From: Blastocladiella emersonii ATCC 22665
Taxonomy: Eukaryota > Fungi > Blastocladiomycota
Direction: 5' to 3'
Length of the DNA: 64,000 nt
Assembly: GCA_025594325.1 (NCBI GenBank)
Contig: JANHCV010000004.1
Span: 2,108,001-2,172,000, forward strand
Shown: piece after piece, positions 1 to 11,591 of the stretch
Numbering within the stretch: position 1 is the stretch's first letter
Layout: each line of letters opens with the position of its first letter
Position numbers and translations under genes: made by a program
Notes under the pieces: generated by a model
What the model was told of the DNA's origin: nothing
What the model saw: only the letters and a program-made list of their open reading frames with translations
Database searches by the model: none

Positions 1-1093
1 CTTGCGCGAGGTCGAGACGCGGGAACACGTGCTGGTGGTGATGAACTTCTCGGCGTTGGCGCGCTGCACCGCCTTGGGATCCGTGTCGCCGCCCCCGCCC
101 GCACCGTCTCGAGCTGCGCCCCCGGACTTGGCTGTTGCCCGGGCTTCGAGGCGCGCCTTGGCGTGCTCGTTGTGCATCTTGATGAGGATGCGACAGAGCT
201 CCGTCGGCGCCACTGCGCCGTTGCCCGACTGCATCACCTTCTTGCACGCGTCGAACATCTTCTTGATGTCGCTGAACTTGTTGTTGAGCGTCAAAGGCGG
301 GACCGAGCGCTGGAACTCCATGTCGAGCTGCTCCACGATCTGCTTGAGCTTGTTGTTCTTCTCGTCCTTGTCCTTGGGCGAGCCACGCGCGAACACGTTC
401 AGCTTGATCTCCTCGGCCTTGTTGAACATGGTGAAAACCTTGAAGAGGGTCCACGACATGGCCTTGATGTTGGCGCGCTTGTTGATGGCGTCCTCGGCCG
501 CGTACTTGAGCGCGTCGTAGGTCTCGAACGGCTCCCACTTGAGCTCGAACCCGTGGTCCTCGTGCGCAAACTCCCAGAACCAGTTGGCGCGGTTCTCGTC
601 GAGCACCGTGTACTTGTCGTTCTTGCCGTAGTCACCGGCGCCTTCGACCCCGTCCTAACCCGTTGCGGTTGAAGTGGTTGACGAAGAGAAAGCGCCGTCG
701 GCGTCGGCCGCGGCCGCGCTGCTGCCCGTGGCGGCGGCCCCCCTTTTTCGACGTCTTGCGGCGCTTGCGGGAACGAGGAGCGCTGCCCTTGCCGTTATCG
801 TCCGCGCCCTCGCCCTTTTCGTCCCGGCGGTTACCGCCGGGCGCGAGGTGACGGCCATTCTTGATGATCGCGGCCATTTCGGCCTCGGTGACGGCGGGCG
901 TTGGCTGACTAGCGAAGCCGCGGCCCACCTCGTCGCCGGCCAGCGTCTCGCGCGCGTTGGGCGGACCACGAGACGGGTCGTTGGGCGGGCTGCCGGAGCG
1001 GCGCTCAGGGTCGAGCTCCTCATCGAGATTGCGGTCTGAGAGAACCTCGAGCGAGCTCTCGCGCGACGAGAGTTCGAAGTCGAGATGATTCAT
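1..1093 (-). CDS. Hypothetical protein, 3'-truncated by the window edge, at least one intron
   Basis: ATG at 1093 (MNHLDFELSS...) with a basic NLS-like stretch. After a TTAG acceptor near 655 a frame with strongly biased codons stays open to base 1 (DGVEGAGDYGKNDKYTVLDENRANWFWEFAHEDHGFELKW...). No family recognised. Confidence 0.6.
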
Positions 1094-1346
1094 GGGTTCA
1101 AAGAGAGTTTATAAGTGCGCCAAACAAGCGCTTGCGGGAGGTCATGATACGTTGGAGCAGCCAATAAATAGCGCGACGCGGCGGGGGAGCGGGGAAGCGA
1201 GGACGGCGGGCGGGCGGGCGGGCGCGGCGAGTGCAAGCGCGGGTCGGCTCCTCTCGGCCACGGGTGGCGCTCCGCATGGGCACGCGAGCCGGAAGCGGAA
1301 CGGAGCCGGTTCGAAGCGCGCGCCGCGCATCACGATTTTTTTTGGT

Positions 1347-1522
1347 CGTTTTGAAGGCGATTAAGGCACCGCAGGCAAGCGGTGCTTTCAAAAGCCATGT
1401 CCAGCCGTTGAAGGCACCCACCAGCTTTCAAAAGCACTCCCCCGCCTTCAAAAGCACTCCCCCGCCTTTGAAGGCTGCGCACGCTTTTGAAGGCTATAAA
1501 CGCTGTTATCGCCTTCAAAACG
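1347..1522. repeat. Array of about 8 GCYTTCAAA/TTTGAAGGC motifs bounded by a perfect 15-bp inverted repeat
   Basis: CGTTTTGAAGGCGAT (1347-1361) is the reverse complement of ATCGCCTTCAAAACG (1508-1522). TTCAAAAGCACTCCCCCGCC is a 20-bp tandem at 1427-1446 and 1447-1466. Confidence 0.85.
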
Positions 1523-3650
1523 CCCAGGAAAAAATTCAATATAGGTTCGCCAGCTCACGCTCCAGCTTCGCTTAGGGTCCACGAGAAAGATATAGGGAGG
1601 AACAAAATGTATTGATCATCAGGCACATTGAGGGCGGGAGATGGTAGGAGGGCGACGACCGCGTCATGTCGCGGCCGATTCGAGAGGGCCGAAGTACACC
1701 GTGCTTGGCCGCCATCGACCAGCGAGCCGGCGCGTGCACGCGGCCGTGACCATGGGAATTCTTGGAGATCAGCTTGGGCATACAGTTGCAGCGCTTGGGA
1801 GATGCACGCTTGGGTACAGCATCATCAGCGCTACGAGGAAGATGCAAGTGAGTGACTGTCGTGGATGAGCAAAAGCCGCGGGGGGCGTACCGTGACCATG
1901 GCCGTGGCCTGCTAGAAAACGTGTGTCTTGTCGCGGTTGACCTTGCGCGCGCGAGCGAGTTCACGCGGAAGCCGACTACACGGTGCAGGCGGGGCGCGAC
2001 GAGTCAGAGACAAGCCGCGTGGGAGACCTGGTGAGAGGTGTGCAGACCGTTGCCGCGAGAGAGATCCGGGACACGGTGGTCGGGCCGGGACTCGGCGGCG
2101 GGTGGCGGCGGCGAGGAGGACCGGACGGCGGCCGCGTGCGAGCCCGACTAGTCGATTCGAAGGAGGCCAGCGGGTGGGCGCGATGACGGTGGCCGGGCTT
2201 GGTGAGCGAGGTTCGTGCGGGCACTACACAGCGAGACGAGACGAGACGGGTCAGGATCGGCACGGCGGTTGACGGGACGGGGCGACGAGCGAGTTGGCGG
2301 CGGCGAGGGCGGCATCAACCAGCGTCAGCGGAGCACCAAGTAGGTGCGCAGACAGCGTAGTGGAGGGAGATCGAGCCGTGACGAGTGGGACGGGTACCGC
2401 GGGGCGAGAGTGTCGCGGTGAAGGGGAGCGGCGAAGGGGAACGGCGACGGCCGAGAGGAGTCGGGAAGCGGCGGTTTGGTGTAGGGAGCGAGGGTACTGC
2501 GGCGGCTGGAAGGTTGCGAGCATGATGGCGGAAGGGGGCAAGCGGAGGAGCGAGCGTGGGGCGAGCGAGAGGCGGCGGATCAGAGGCACGCTCACGACGC
2601 GCGACCACGCAGCGCGGACCGCGCGACGGCGTTGATGTGGGCGGGCATCGTGTCGGTGCGTGTGGTTGTGGTGAGGAGGGGGCGGCGGGCGGGGGAGAGA
2701 GCGGGGGCGGGCGGCGGCGCTCGCCCTTTGTTTGGCGGGCGGGTGGCTTGCCCGCCGCCGGGCCGCGATGATCGGCAAAGGGCGGAGGCCACAAAACGTG
2801 ACGCGCCTGTCACTTCAAGCACGCCCGCTCCCTGTGTTTTTCGGGACTTTGCGTCGGCGCGAGTGCGCGCCCGCACTGCTGCTGCAAGCCCGGCCCGGCC
2901 GCTCCTCTCTGTGTCGGTCCGCTCGAGCTCACCTCGCCCTGCGCTACCCGCCGCCTCCGCTCCATCCTGTTCCATCCGTGCGCCCAGCGCTGCTCCCAGC
3001 TGCCCACCGTCGCCGCGGCGAGCGAGCGCGGGTCGCGAAAAGCCGCGCCCCGACTGCGCGCCGTCTCGGCCAGCGCTGCGCCGCTCGTAGATCGTGCAAG
3101 CCGCCGGGCTCACATGCTGAGCGCGAGCAGCTCGGGGCAGCGAGCGTCGATCGTGAGCGATCAAACGCCGTTCAGGGCGAGGTCGGCGGCGCCCGCCAGG
3201 GCCATGGCGACGTTGCATGCGGTGCCGCCGCGAACAGCGTGCTCAAGGCCGTGCCGCACGCCGCACGGGGCGCCCGCGTTGGCCAGGGCGGCGGTCTCGC
3301 GCGGGGCTGCGCGCCGGGCTGCGCGGCTGAGCGGGTCGCGAAGGACTGCTCGCGCGCGGGTAGGACGCAGGGCAGGGCCAGTGTTGGCGCCTGGCTCGAC
3401 GCCGCCGCCGTCCTGCTCAGTGCGACACGATGAGGCGAGGCGTGACGGGTCGGAGCCTCTCGGGAGCGCGCTCAGTCAAAGCTTCAAGTTGTTGCAGTGG
3501 TTACATGACGATAAATTCGCGTTAGGGCGCTGTGTGTGATGCGGAGGGATCGGGGAGCGCGGGTTCGAGGGGCAGGGTGGTGGGGAGGTGGTCTGCAGCC
3601 GGCGGCCCTTGGCTGCGAAGCGGCGGGGAAGCTCTCAAAGGAGCGCGGCG

Positions 3651-3728
3651 GCCTGCAAAGCGGCGGGGGTGCCTGCAAAGCTGTGGGGAGCTGCCTGCAA
3701 AACGGGGTGAGCGCCTGCAAGCCTGAAA
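3651..3728. repeat. GCCTGCAA(A) motif array
   Basis: Copies at 3651, 3671, 3693 and 3713, plus a variant at 3721. Spacing is about 20-22 bp. Confidence 0.8.
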
Positions 3729-3958
3729 CGAATTTCGTGATGGCGTCGGAACGTTCATGCAGCGGCGAGCGAGCGAGCGCCGCACGGCCTCTCGCGCCCG
3801 GTGGCGGCGGCGCGCCGCGTCGCCCCAGCAGCTCAGCTCAGCTCAGTGGCCGGCGGGCGAACCGCAGACCCGCCCGCTTGCCCTGAACGGCAAACCGCGG
3901 TGCGCCACATTCGTGAGAATGCCGCTCGTGAGAATGCGCCGCCGGGTGCTCAACATCG

Positions 3959-4603
3959 CTATTGGTTAGGAATTAGGACGAGAAGGTCCATGTGCTCAAT
4001 CCCAAGCTAAACGCGTGAGAAAGCGAGCAAGTCCTGACAGGAAAACATGCTTGGGACGTACCTTTGACAGAGACCTTTCGTCCTCCACGCGAATCGGTTG
4101 GTCATCAAGTAGAAACCGAATCCTGGTTGTACCCTCGCACAGACGGTCGACAGCGGTCGCAAGCGCGTTGAATGTCGTCGTTGGCCTCGCATGAAGTTCT
4201 TTAAGTGAGCGGGCAGTGCAGGTGAGTGCGTGTGAATCCTTGCCCAGCAACTTGAACAACAACTTGAACTGTGCGTACCGAGTCGTTCGTTGTTCCGACT
4301 GTCAACGAACACCACAGTTATAGACTTGCTCTCGCGACGCTGCGAGCTCGCTGCACCTGCAGTGTCAACCTCGGCCCACAACGGGTCGCTCTTGATTGCC
4401 TCAACGAGGTGGTGCAGAACCGTTGTCTCTGGCGCAAGTGGAACAAGCGGCTCGAGAGAACGGATGACTTCACCCTGCTTCCGCACGAACTGTCTGAGTT
4501 GACCAATCTCCTCGGACTGAAGTTGCTGAAAGCAGAGAAACCTCGAGCAGCTCCGCTCAAGCTCCAGAATGCGACGCGCCAAGTCTTCAACGGGGTTTGA
4601 CAT
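3959..4603 (-). CDS. 169-aa protein with N-terminal coiled coil and C-terminal SUMO/Rad60-like ubiquitin-fold domain, lacking di-Gly
   Basis: Exons 4603-4279, 4198-4062 and 4006-3959 join in frame through GT-AG introns. The spliced C-terminus ITVVFVDSRNNERLELHARPTTTFNALATAVDRLCEGTTRIRFLLDDQPIRVEDERSLSKLGIEHMDLLVLIPNQ follows the SUMO pattern (RFLxD..I, L.ME..D.I). Confidence 0.65.
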
Positions 4604-5192
4604 CTTGTTGGTGGAACAGAATTTTGCTGGTGGAGAGAACAAGCAGGGCAGCGCACTTGTTCGCAACTTGGGAGGCAGCCTCAAGCTGCATTCAATCTCA
4701 GCTGCCAGTAGGCCAGCTATTCAAATCGTTGGAAAGGTTTATTGCCTCAAACCGGGATCAGCGTACTCCGTCACGCGATCTTGACATCGAGGTGGAAGGG
4801 TTCGGGCGCGCGAGCGAGGGCTCGGCGTTGAGACGTGAGACGCGTTCCGATATCATGTGACGGCCAGGGGCGATCAGCTGACGGCCTGGCCATCAGCTTT
4901 TGTACGCGGCAAGCCAAGCGTTTCTGAGCACCGACCGCGCTCAGCGTTGCTCTCTCCGCTCCCCCCGCTCCCTCGTCCTCTCCTCCTCGACCTCCCCCCT
5001 CGCCTCTCCCCGCAATATCTTTGGTGTGCCGATCCTCATCCTCCCTCCTTCGATTTTGTTCTTGGCGTGATATCCCCTCCTCCCTCCCTTCCCCCGCGAA
5101 AGTTTGAAAACGGTCCACCTCTCCTCCCGGATCAACCAACCCTACCAACCGTTCTCTCTCCTCCCACCAAAACCAACCAACCGATCAACAAC

Positions 5193-6728
5193 ATGGACTC
5201 GGACGCTGCCCCCGTTACCGCGTACCCGCAGCACGGCATGCCCCAGGCCGCGGCTGGCCCCGCGCCCGGCGGCTACGACGCGCCAGCCGGCGAGCCCGTC
5301 GTCACGATGCGCATTCTGCTCAACAGCAAGGGCGCCGGTGTCGCCATTGGTACGCGTTTGCCGTCGTCGGCGGCTTGGCGTCGTCGCGCGATCACTCACG
5401 GCTCGCTTCGTGTGCGATCCTCCTCTAGGCAAGCAGGGCGCGACGATTGAGGAGCTCCGCGAGGTGTCGGGCACCAAGGCCGGCGTGTCCAAGTCGGTCG
5501 AGGGCGTCAACGACCGCATCCTGTCGATTGCCGGCACGGTGCCGCAGATCGCCAAGGTCCGGCGCGCGTCTATATCTGGACCTACCCCCACGACCCGCGT
5601 GCTGAATCCCCTCTGGCATCCGTGTAGGCCGTCAACTTCCTCGCGCGCACGCTGATCGCGACGCCGTCCATGACGTTCCAGCCGCCGCTGCCGCCGAACC
5701 AGACGATGCTGCGTCTGCTGGTGCCCAACGCGATCATGGGGTCGGTGATTGGCCGCGCCGGCGCGCGCATCAAGCAGCTGCAGGACGCGCACGGCGTGCG
5801 CCTCGTGGCGACCAAGGAGCCCCTGCCGGCGTCCACGGAGCGCCTGACCGACATCACGGGCACGCCCGAGGGCATCGAGGGTGCCGCGACCGAGGTCGCG
5901 CAGGCGCTCGCCGACGACTGGGACCGCGTGTGCCAGTCGACGACGCTGTACGACCCGCGCGTCCGCATGCGCCACACGCTCGGCCCCGCCGCCGGGTACA
6001 TGCCGCAGCAGCACCCGCAGCAGCAGCAGCAGCAAGGCGGTATGGTGTCGCCCGCGGTCGCGGGTCCCGTCGCGCCCGTCAACGGAGCCGGCGCACAGCA
6101 GGCCGCGTACGCGCCCCGCGGCGGGTTCCACGGCGGCGCCGCCTCGGCCGGGTACCCGGCGCAGCAGCAGCAGCCGGCGATCCCCGCTGCGGCCGGCGCG
6201 CCGCTCGCACAGGGCCGGCAGCACCACGCGCGCGGTCACCACGCGCACCACCAGCAGCACCATCAGCAGCACCATCATCACCAGCAGCAGCACCAGCCGC
6301 AGCAGCAGCACGGCGGGTTCCACGGCGGCGCCGGGACGCACTCGCGCGGGCACACGGGCGACTTCATCCCGCGGTCCGACGACCCGAACGCGGTGACGCA
6401 GATGCTGGCGATCCCGGCGGGGCTCGTGGGCAGCATCATCGGCAAGGCCGGGTCGCGCATCGCCGAGATCCGCGAGGCGTCGGGCGCCAAGATCGCCATC
6501 TCCAAGATGCAGAACGAGAACGGCGAGCGCACCTTCACCATCGTCGGCACCCAGCCGCAGAACGACGTGGCTCTCAAGATGCTGTACGACCAGCTCACGC
6601 TCGAGAAGAACAAGCGCGTCGCCATGCAGCAGCAGCAGCAGGCCCAGGCTGCTGCGGCCGCGGCGGCCGCGACCGAGGCTCCGGCTGTGTCCGCGGACGA
6701 GCAGCCGGCTGCCTCGGCGGCGCAGTAG
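5193..6728 (+). CDS. Triple KH-domain RNA-binding protein (hnRNP K/Pbp2/Hek2-like)
   Basis: Three KH motifs: GVAIG|KQGATIEELRE, GSVIGRAGARIKQLQD and GSIIGKAGSRIAEIRE. Two short introns near 5351-5428 and 5557-5628. Q/H-rich linker. Confidence 0.9.
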
Positions 6729-7092
6729 TTCAAACTTTCCCCCTTCTTCCCTCAACGTAGCGATTATCTCTGCCTATTCTTTTTGGTATCCCCCCTCCTT
6801 CGTCTGTAACATGATCTTCTCCCTCCCTGTGTGACGCCATCGTTTCAGCTGCCTCGCAGGATGTCTCGCGCGGCCGATTGACGCGTTGCGCCACACTTGC
6901 GACCTCGCTCCATGGCCCACGCGGGCCGCGTGCATGGTCGGAACGAACCGCGCGCGTGCGAGCGTTTCAGCACCCGCATGTGCGCGTGCTCTCGCCCTCG
7001 GCGAGGAAAGTCGGCGTCGACCTTGCGCGGCACCGGCCGTTGTCTCTGTGGCACAGCCGCGGGATCTGGTTGAGTGAGGCGGGCGGCCGGGG

Positions 7093-7099
7093 TATAAAA
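7093..7099 (+). promoter_or_regulatory. TATA box of the small secreted peptide gene
   Basis: TATAAAA in a very GC-rich context, 65 nt upstream of ATG 7164 and followed by a pyrimidine-rich 5'UTR. Confidence 0.75.
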
Positions 7100-7163
7100 C
7101 CTGCTCTACCCCGCCCATCGTTCTCTTCTCTCTCCAAAGCCAACTCAACCAAGAGCTATCAAA

Positions 7164-7349
7164 ATGCGCACCGCCACCGCCGTCCTCCTCGTCGCGTACC
7201 TCGTCGCCCTCGTCGCCACCATGGCCGCAGCCGCGCCGGCGCCCGAGCGCAACAGCCCCGTGGGCGTCGACCCGAACAAGGCGCCGCAGGACCAGGAGTT
7301 CAACCTCATCATCGTCAAGCAGTTCTGCAAGCTGACCGGGTGGTGCTAA
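7164..7349 (+). CDS. Small secreted prepro-peptide (61 aa) with C-terminal C-x5-C loop
   Basis: TATA box, CAAAATG start, hydrophobic signal peptide ending AAA, and typical biased codons. Sequence ends QDQEFNLIIVKQFCKLTGWC. Confidence 0.8.
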   Translation: MRTATAVLLVAYLVALVATMAAAAPAPERNSPVGVDPNKAPQDQEFNLIIVKQFCKLTGWC

Positions 7350-7610
7350 GGCGATCGTGGACAACGGGCCGCAGGCGTGGAAGCAAGTGCAAGTGATGGC
7401 CAAGGAGTGTGTGTGCGAGGAGGAGCAATGTAACAATACAACTACCAGTACTATCTCCACGATCTCGCGCACGACGAGGTGAGGGTGTCTGAGCTCGTAC
7501 AGCTCGCGCTTGCGAGGAGGATCAGGGGTCGGTGCGCATGCACCATCCCTTGGCGTCCTCGGCGACTCGGTCGTGCAAAATCAATCAGTTACATTGCTCA
7601 TCGACCCATC

Positions 7611-8675
7611 TCAGCACCGGTCCGACAGCCACGCGATATAATCGCCAACGAGCGTCTCGTACAGGTTCTGCTCGTTGTGGAGCTCGTGCTTGAACCCGTG
7701 GTACATCTTGAACGTGACATCGCTCCACCCCTCCTCGACGCGCGCCGCCGCAAACGCCTGCGTCGCGGGCGCGTACGTGATCGGGTCGCGGTCGCCGTGC
7801 ACGAGCAGCAGCGGGACCGACTTGGCGGCGAACGTCGCGCCGGGCGCGCGCAACGCCGCGCCCGCGTCGAGGATCCCCTCGCCCGCGATCAGCGACAGGT
7901 ACCCGTGCACCAGCGGGTCCGCGCGGTACGCGGCGATCGCCGCGTCGTCGTGGCACAGGCCGTGCAGTTCGACTGGGTTCGCGATCGAGTGCGCCGGGAT
8001 GATGTGTTTGACGACGCGCAGCAGCGCGACCGCGGGCGCCGCGGGCTTGGAGGCCGGCCACACGTCGATGGCGGGGGCTACACGTACAAGTGGAGAGCGA
8101 TGAGCATTTCGTGGGGGGACGGCACGCGATCGCAGTGCGTACCGCTCGAAATGACCCCCGCGAGCATCACCTCGCTCCCAAACTGGCGCAGAAAGTCGAG
8201 CACAATGAGCCCGCCCATACTATGCCCGACGAGGAACTGCGGCAACCCGTCGACCGCGTTCCGCTCCACGGCCTCGCGCACATCCGCAAGCACCACGGGC
8301 CAGCCGCCCGTATGGCCGAGCTCGGCGCCCGCGTTCTTGCGCACCGTGCGGCCGAACCCGCGCTGGTCCCACGCGTGGACCCGGAACCCCGCCGCGGCCA
8401 GCGGCATGAACACGTGCCGGTACCGCTCAATGTGCTCGCCCAGGCCGTGCACCCACGTCAGCGTCGCGCGCGGCGTCACGCCGTGCTAGAGCGCGCGAGG
8501 CGGGCGAAGGAGGGTGAGCGGGGTGGAGTTGGTGGGGGAGGGGTTAAGGCGGGCGTACAGGGACCTCCCACGTCCGCGCGTACACGACGTGCCCGTCGCG
8601 CAGCGTGAGCCACTCACCGTGCTCGAGGTCGAGCAGCGGGTCGGTCGTCGCCGGGGCAGCTGAGCCAAAGACCAT
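7611..8675 (-). CDS. Alpha/beta hydrolase, monoglyceride lipase/lysophospholipase family
   Basis: Motifs VHGLGEH, DQRGFG, nucleophile elbow GHSMGG, HGDRDPIT and HELHNE. Several short introns. Confidence 0.9.
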
Positions 8676-8996
8676 GTTGTTGAAGATGCGGGTTCAGGAC
8701 GTTCGGGACGTTCGGGAGAGAGAGAACTGATCCAACGGCGCTCGTTCGAGAAGTTTGCCAGCACTCGCCGAGCGTGTTACATGCGATACAGTGACGTCGT
8801 TGAGAGAGCGAGGCCGACGTTTTCACGCGTCGGTCAAGTCGGAAGCGCCGGGACGGAAAACGCGCCACGTTTCGGGTTGGCGTCGCGACGGGTCACCCGG
8901 CGCCGCGTGACCTCAAATCAACACGCTGCTGCGCCGCGTCGCGTCGTTTTCGCGTCGCTCGTCTCATTCACGGCGCCACCAACGACACGACACACC

Positions 8997-10038
8997 ATGG
9001 ATAACATTGACCCGCGACTCGCCGCACACGCCGCGTCGTTCTGGGGATGGAGCGACGACGAGGCCGAGGCCGAGGTGGCCGCTGCCCCGGCGCCCGTCCA
9101 CGACAAGAGCGGCCGCGAGGTTGCGGTGCCTGGGCGCCACGTCGTGGACGATATGCGGAGCGACGATGAAGAGTTTGATGGGAGCGACGACGACAGTATG
9201 GATGAGGATACCGACGATGAGGCGGAGGTCAACGCCGTGACTGCCTCGCTCACGGCGACCAAGCCGGCGGCTGTGCGGAAACCCGCGCCGCAGGTGGTCG
9301 TGTTCGAGGACCCGACCAAGGCCAAGGCCGGCGGGAACCTGTACGAGTTCAAGAAGTTCATGAGCTCCAAGGTCGCGACCGTCACCAAGACGGCGCCACC
9401 ACCACCGCCGCTCACGTCCGAGGAGGCGGTCGAGGAGGCGTACGTGCGTCTCGTATCCCCGAATCCGCTCCGATCGTTCACGCAGCAACCCGCAATCTAG
9501 TGAGCTCAACATGCAGGACCGCGAGCTCGACGACCTGATCAAGACGAGTAAGCTGATTGAGGAGTTTGCCGCGGACGAGCTGGTGGGCCGGGACCGGCGC
9601 AAGTACCAGATGTACAAGCTCGAGGAGCTGGGCATGAAGGGCAAGAAGGCCAAGATGCCCGAAAAGGAGCGGCACCAGATCCGCACCCGCGACGCGACGC
9701 TCGAGCGCAAGGCGCTGTCGCGCATCGAGGAGCTCGGCCTCGACACGCGCGCCGTCAAGAACGGCCTGACCACGGCCCGCGCCCTCGCCCGCAACGTCTC
9801 GGACAAGAAGGCCACCTCGTTTGACAAGGTCATCTCGTTTGCCGAGTTTGGCAAGAAGAAGGCCCCCTCCAACAAGCCCGTCAAGAAGCGCGACCGCGGC
9901 ATCAAGGGCGCCGCCGTCGGCCGGTTCAAGGACGGCATGCTCACCCTGTCCAAGCGCGACATTGAGCGCGTCCAGTCGTCGTCCGCCTCGACCAAGGCCA
10001 AGGCCAAGGGGAAGGGCAGCAAGGGCGGCAAGCGGTAA
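8997..10038 (+). CDS. Nucleolar 40S biogenesis factor, Faf1/C1orf131-like
   Basis: Acidic N-terminus, PQVVVFEDP and DRELDDLIKTSKL. Basic C-terminus RDRGIKGAAVGRFKDGMLTLSKRDI. One intron near 9442-9500. Confidence 0.7.
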
Positions 10039-10094
10039 GAGGAGCAAAAAAATACACGGGATGTACAGTTTATGGCCGCACACACTCTCTCTCG

Positions 10095-11330
10095 CTAGAC
10101 GTCGCCGCTGTTCGCGTCGGTCTTGGCCCGGATCCACGCGCCGACCCAGTTGTGGTAAAACGACGCGAGCATGTGGTCGGCGTACCCGTACGGGAGCTCC
10201 AGCGGGCCGTACATGGACTCGGGGAACCCCGGCGGCACGCTGACGGGCGTGTAGGCAAAGGCGTTGTACGTGGCGGCCTGCGAGATGGTCTCGCGGCGGC
10301 TCCGCGACAGCGTCTCGCGGCGGCTGTCCCCGCCCGCGGCGGCCTGCTCGGCGGGCGGGATCTCCTCGATGCGCACGGGCTTGAGCTGGAACGCAAACGA
10401 CTCGGCGCCCTCGATGTCCGACTGCACGTACTGCAGGGACCCGTCCTCGAGCACCTCGGCCGACAGGCCCGTCATGTTGCGGTACACGTCCAGGTAGTAC
10501 TCGTGCGTCGACGCGGTCTGCTCGGCTTCCTCGAGCCGCGCGTACAGCTTGGCCTGCTCCTCGGCGTGGCGCGCCTCGGCCGCCGCGACGGCTTCCGCCA
10601 CGCGCGCGTCCGCGTCGCCCGACACGCCCGACGCCGACAGCAGGCCCTCGAGCTCCGTGTTGCGCTCCTGCAGCTGCTTGATCTTGTCGGCGTACTCGAT
10701 CTTGGTGCGCTCGAGGTCGAGACGGGTTTCCTCAGAAACTACATAAGACAGTTGTTAGCGGTGCGACGGACGACCTGCACAAGCTAGCAAAACGAAACGC
10801 AACGCACTCGTGTACCGGTTCTCGGCGAGCGCGCGGTACGTCTCGAGGCGCTCCTCGGCGTTGGTGTAGCGGATCTGGGTCAGGCGCTTGATCGAGGCGT
10901 TGGCCTCGTCGAGGGCCTGCCGCAGCGACCGGTTCTCGGCCTCGAGCCGCTCGTACCGCAGGTAGTCGATCTCGGTCTGCGTGCTCGTGCCCGTGTTGGC
11001 GCTGAGCAGTGCCTCGTGCGCAACGGAGTGCACCACCGCGGGCAGAGGCGCTGTCGCGGCCGCGATTACGTCCTCGAGGTCGTAGCCCGGCCCCGACGCG
11101 GGGGCGGCGGGCGAGGATGAGCGTGCGGCAGCAGCAGCGGAGGCAGAGGCGGTGGCGGCGGCAGAGTGAGCGGAAACAGCGTCGTCGCTCGCGGCTGGGT
11201 CGCTCTCGTGCATCTCGACGTCGCCGGCGGGCGGGACGGGCGACGACGACGCCGCCGACGATGGGACGGGCGCGTCGCTGCCGGCGGTTGCGGCAGGCGC
11301 GGCAGGCGCGGGAGCAACAGCAGATGACAT
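10095..11330 (-). CDS. Coiled-coil plus RWD-like protein, probable monopolin Csm1/Pcs1
   Basis: QIRYTNAEERLETYR coiled coil, followed by YLDVYRNMTGL..QYVQSDIEG..FAFQL..FAYTP..LELP..LASFY, which resembles the Csm1 globular domain from recall. One intron near 10735-10812. Confidence 0.55.
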
Positions 11331-11591
11331 TGCAGGCAGTGTGTTCGCGTTACGTGGGCCCGAGTCGGGACGAATGCATGAGTTGAGGGGAGGGAGCCGT
11401 GGTCGTCGTCGGAGGTTGAGAAGCAGAGACGCGACGCCGCCGATCGCATCACGCGGCGACCGCTCGGACTCATTCCTCTCTCCCTCTCCACGCCGACGAC
11501 GGCAAACCCATGAATCTCTGCCCCGCGGAGCGGGAGCACATGCATCTGCCGTAGCCCACACGCGCGCTCCGCCCCGCCCCGCATCACGCCC

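Larger units (their letters stand above)
1328..3742. mobile_element. Candidate non-autonomous CACTA/CMC-like DNA element
   Basis: 8-bp terminal inverted repeat CATCACGA...TCGTGATG with GCG on both flanks. Related motif arrays with about 20-bp spacing lie just inside both ends. No transposase is seen. Confidence 0.3.

Noticed and set aside
1347-1522. Regularly spaced motif array as a CRISPR-like array
   Set aside because: Repeats are only 9 bp, mixed in orientation, with no unique 30-40 nt spacers and no cas genes. The context is eukaryotic.
5142-6755. Long opposite-strand or alternate-frame ORFs (for example 537 aa here, and 18645-21353, 33000-35288, 35221-37572, 38415-40289)
   Set aside because: Shadow ORFs expected in very GC-rich DNA. 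They are R/G/A-rich, overlap well-supported genes and show no motifs.
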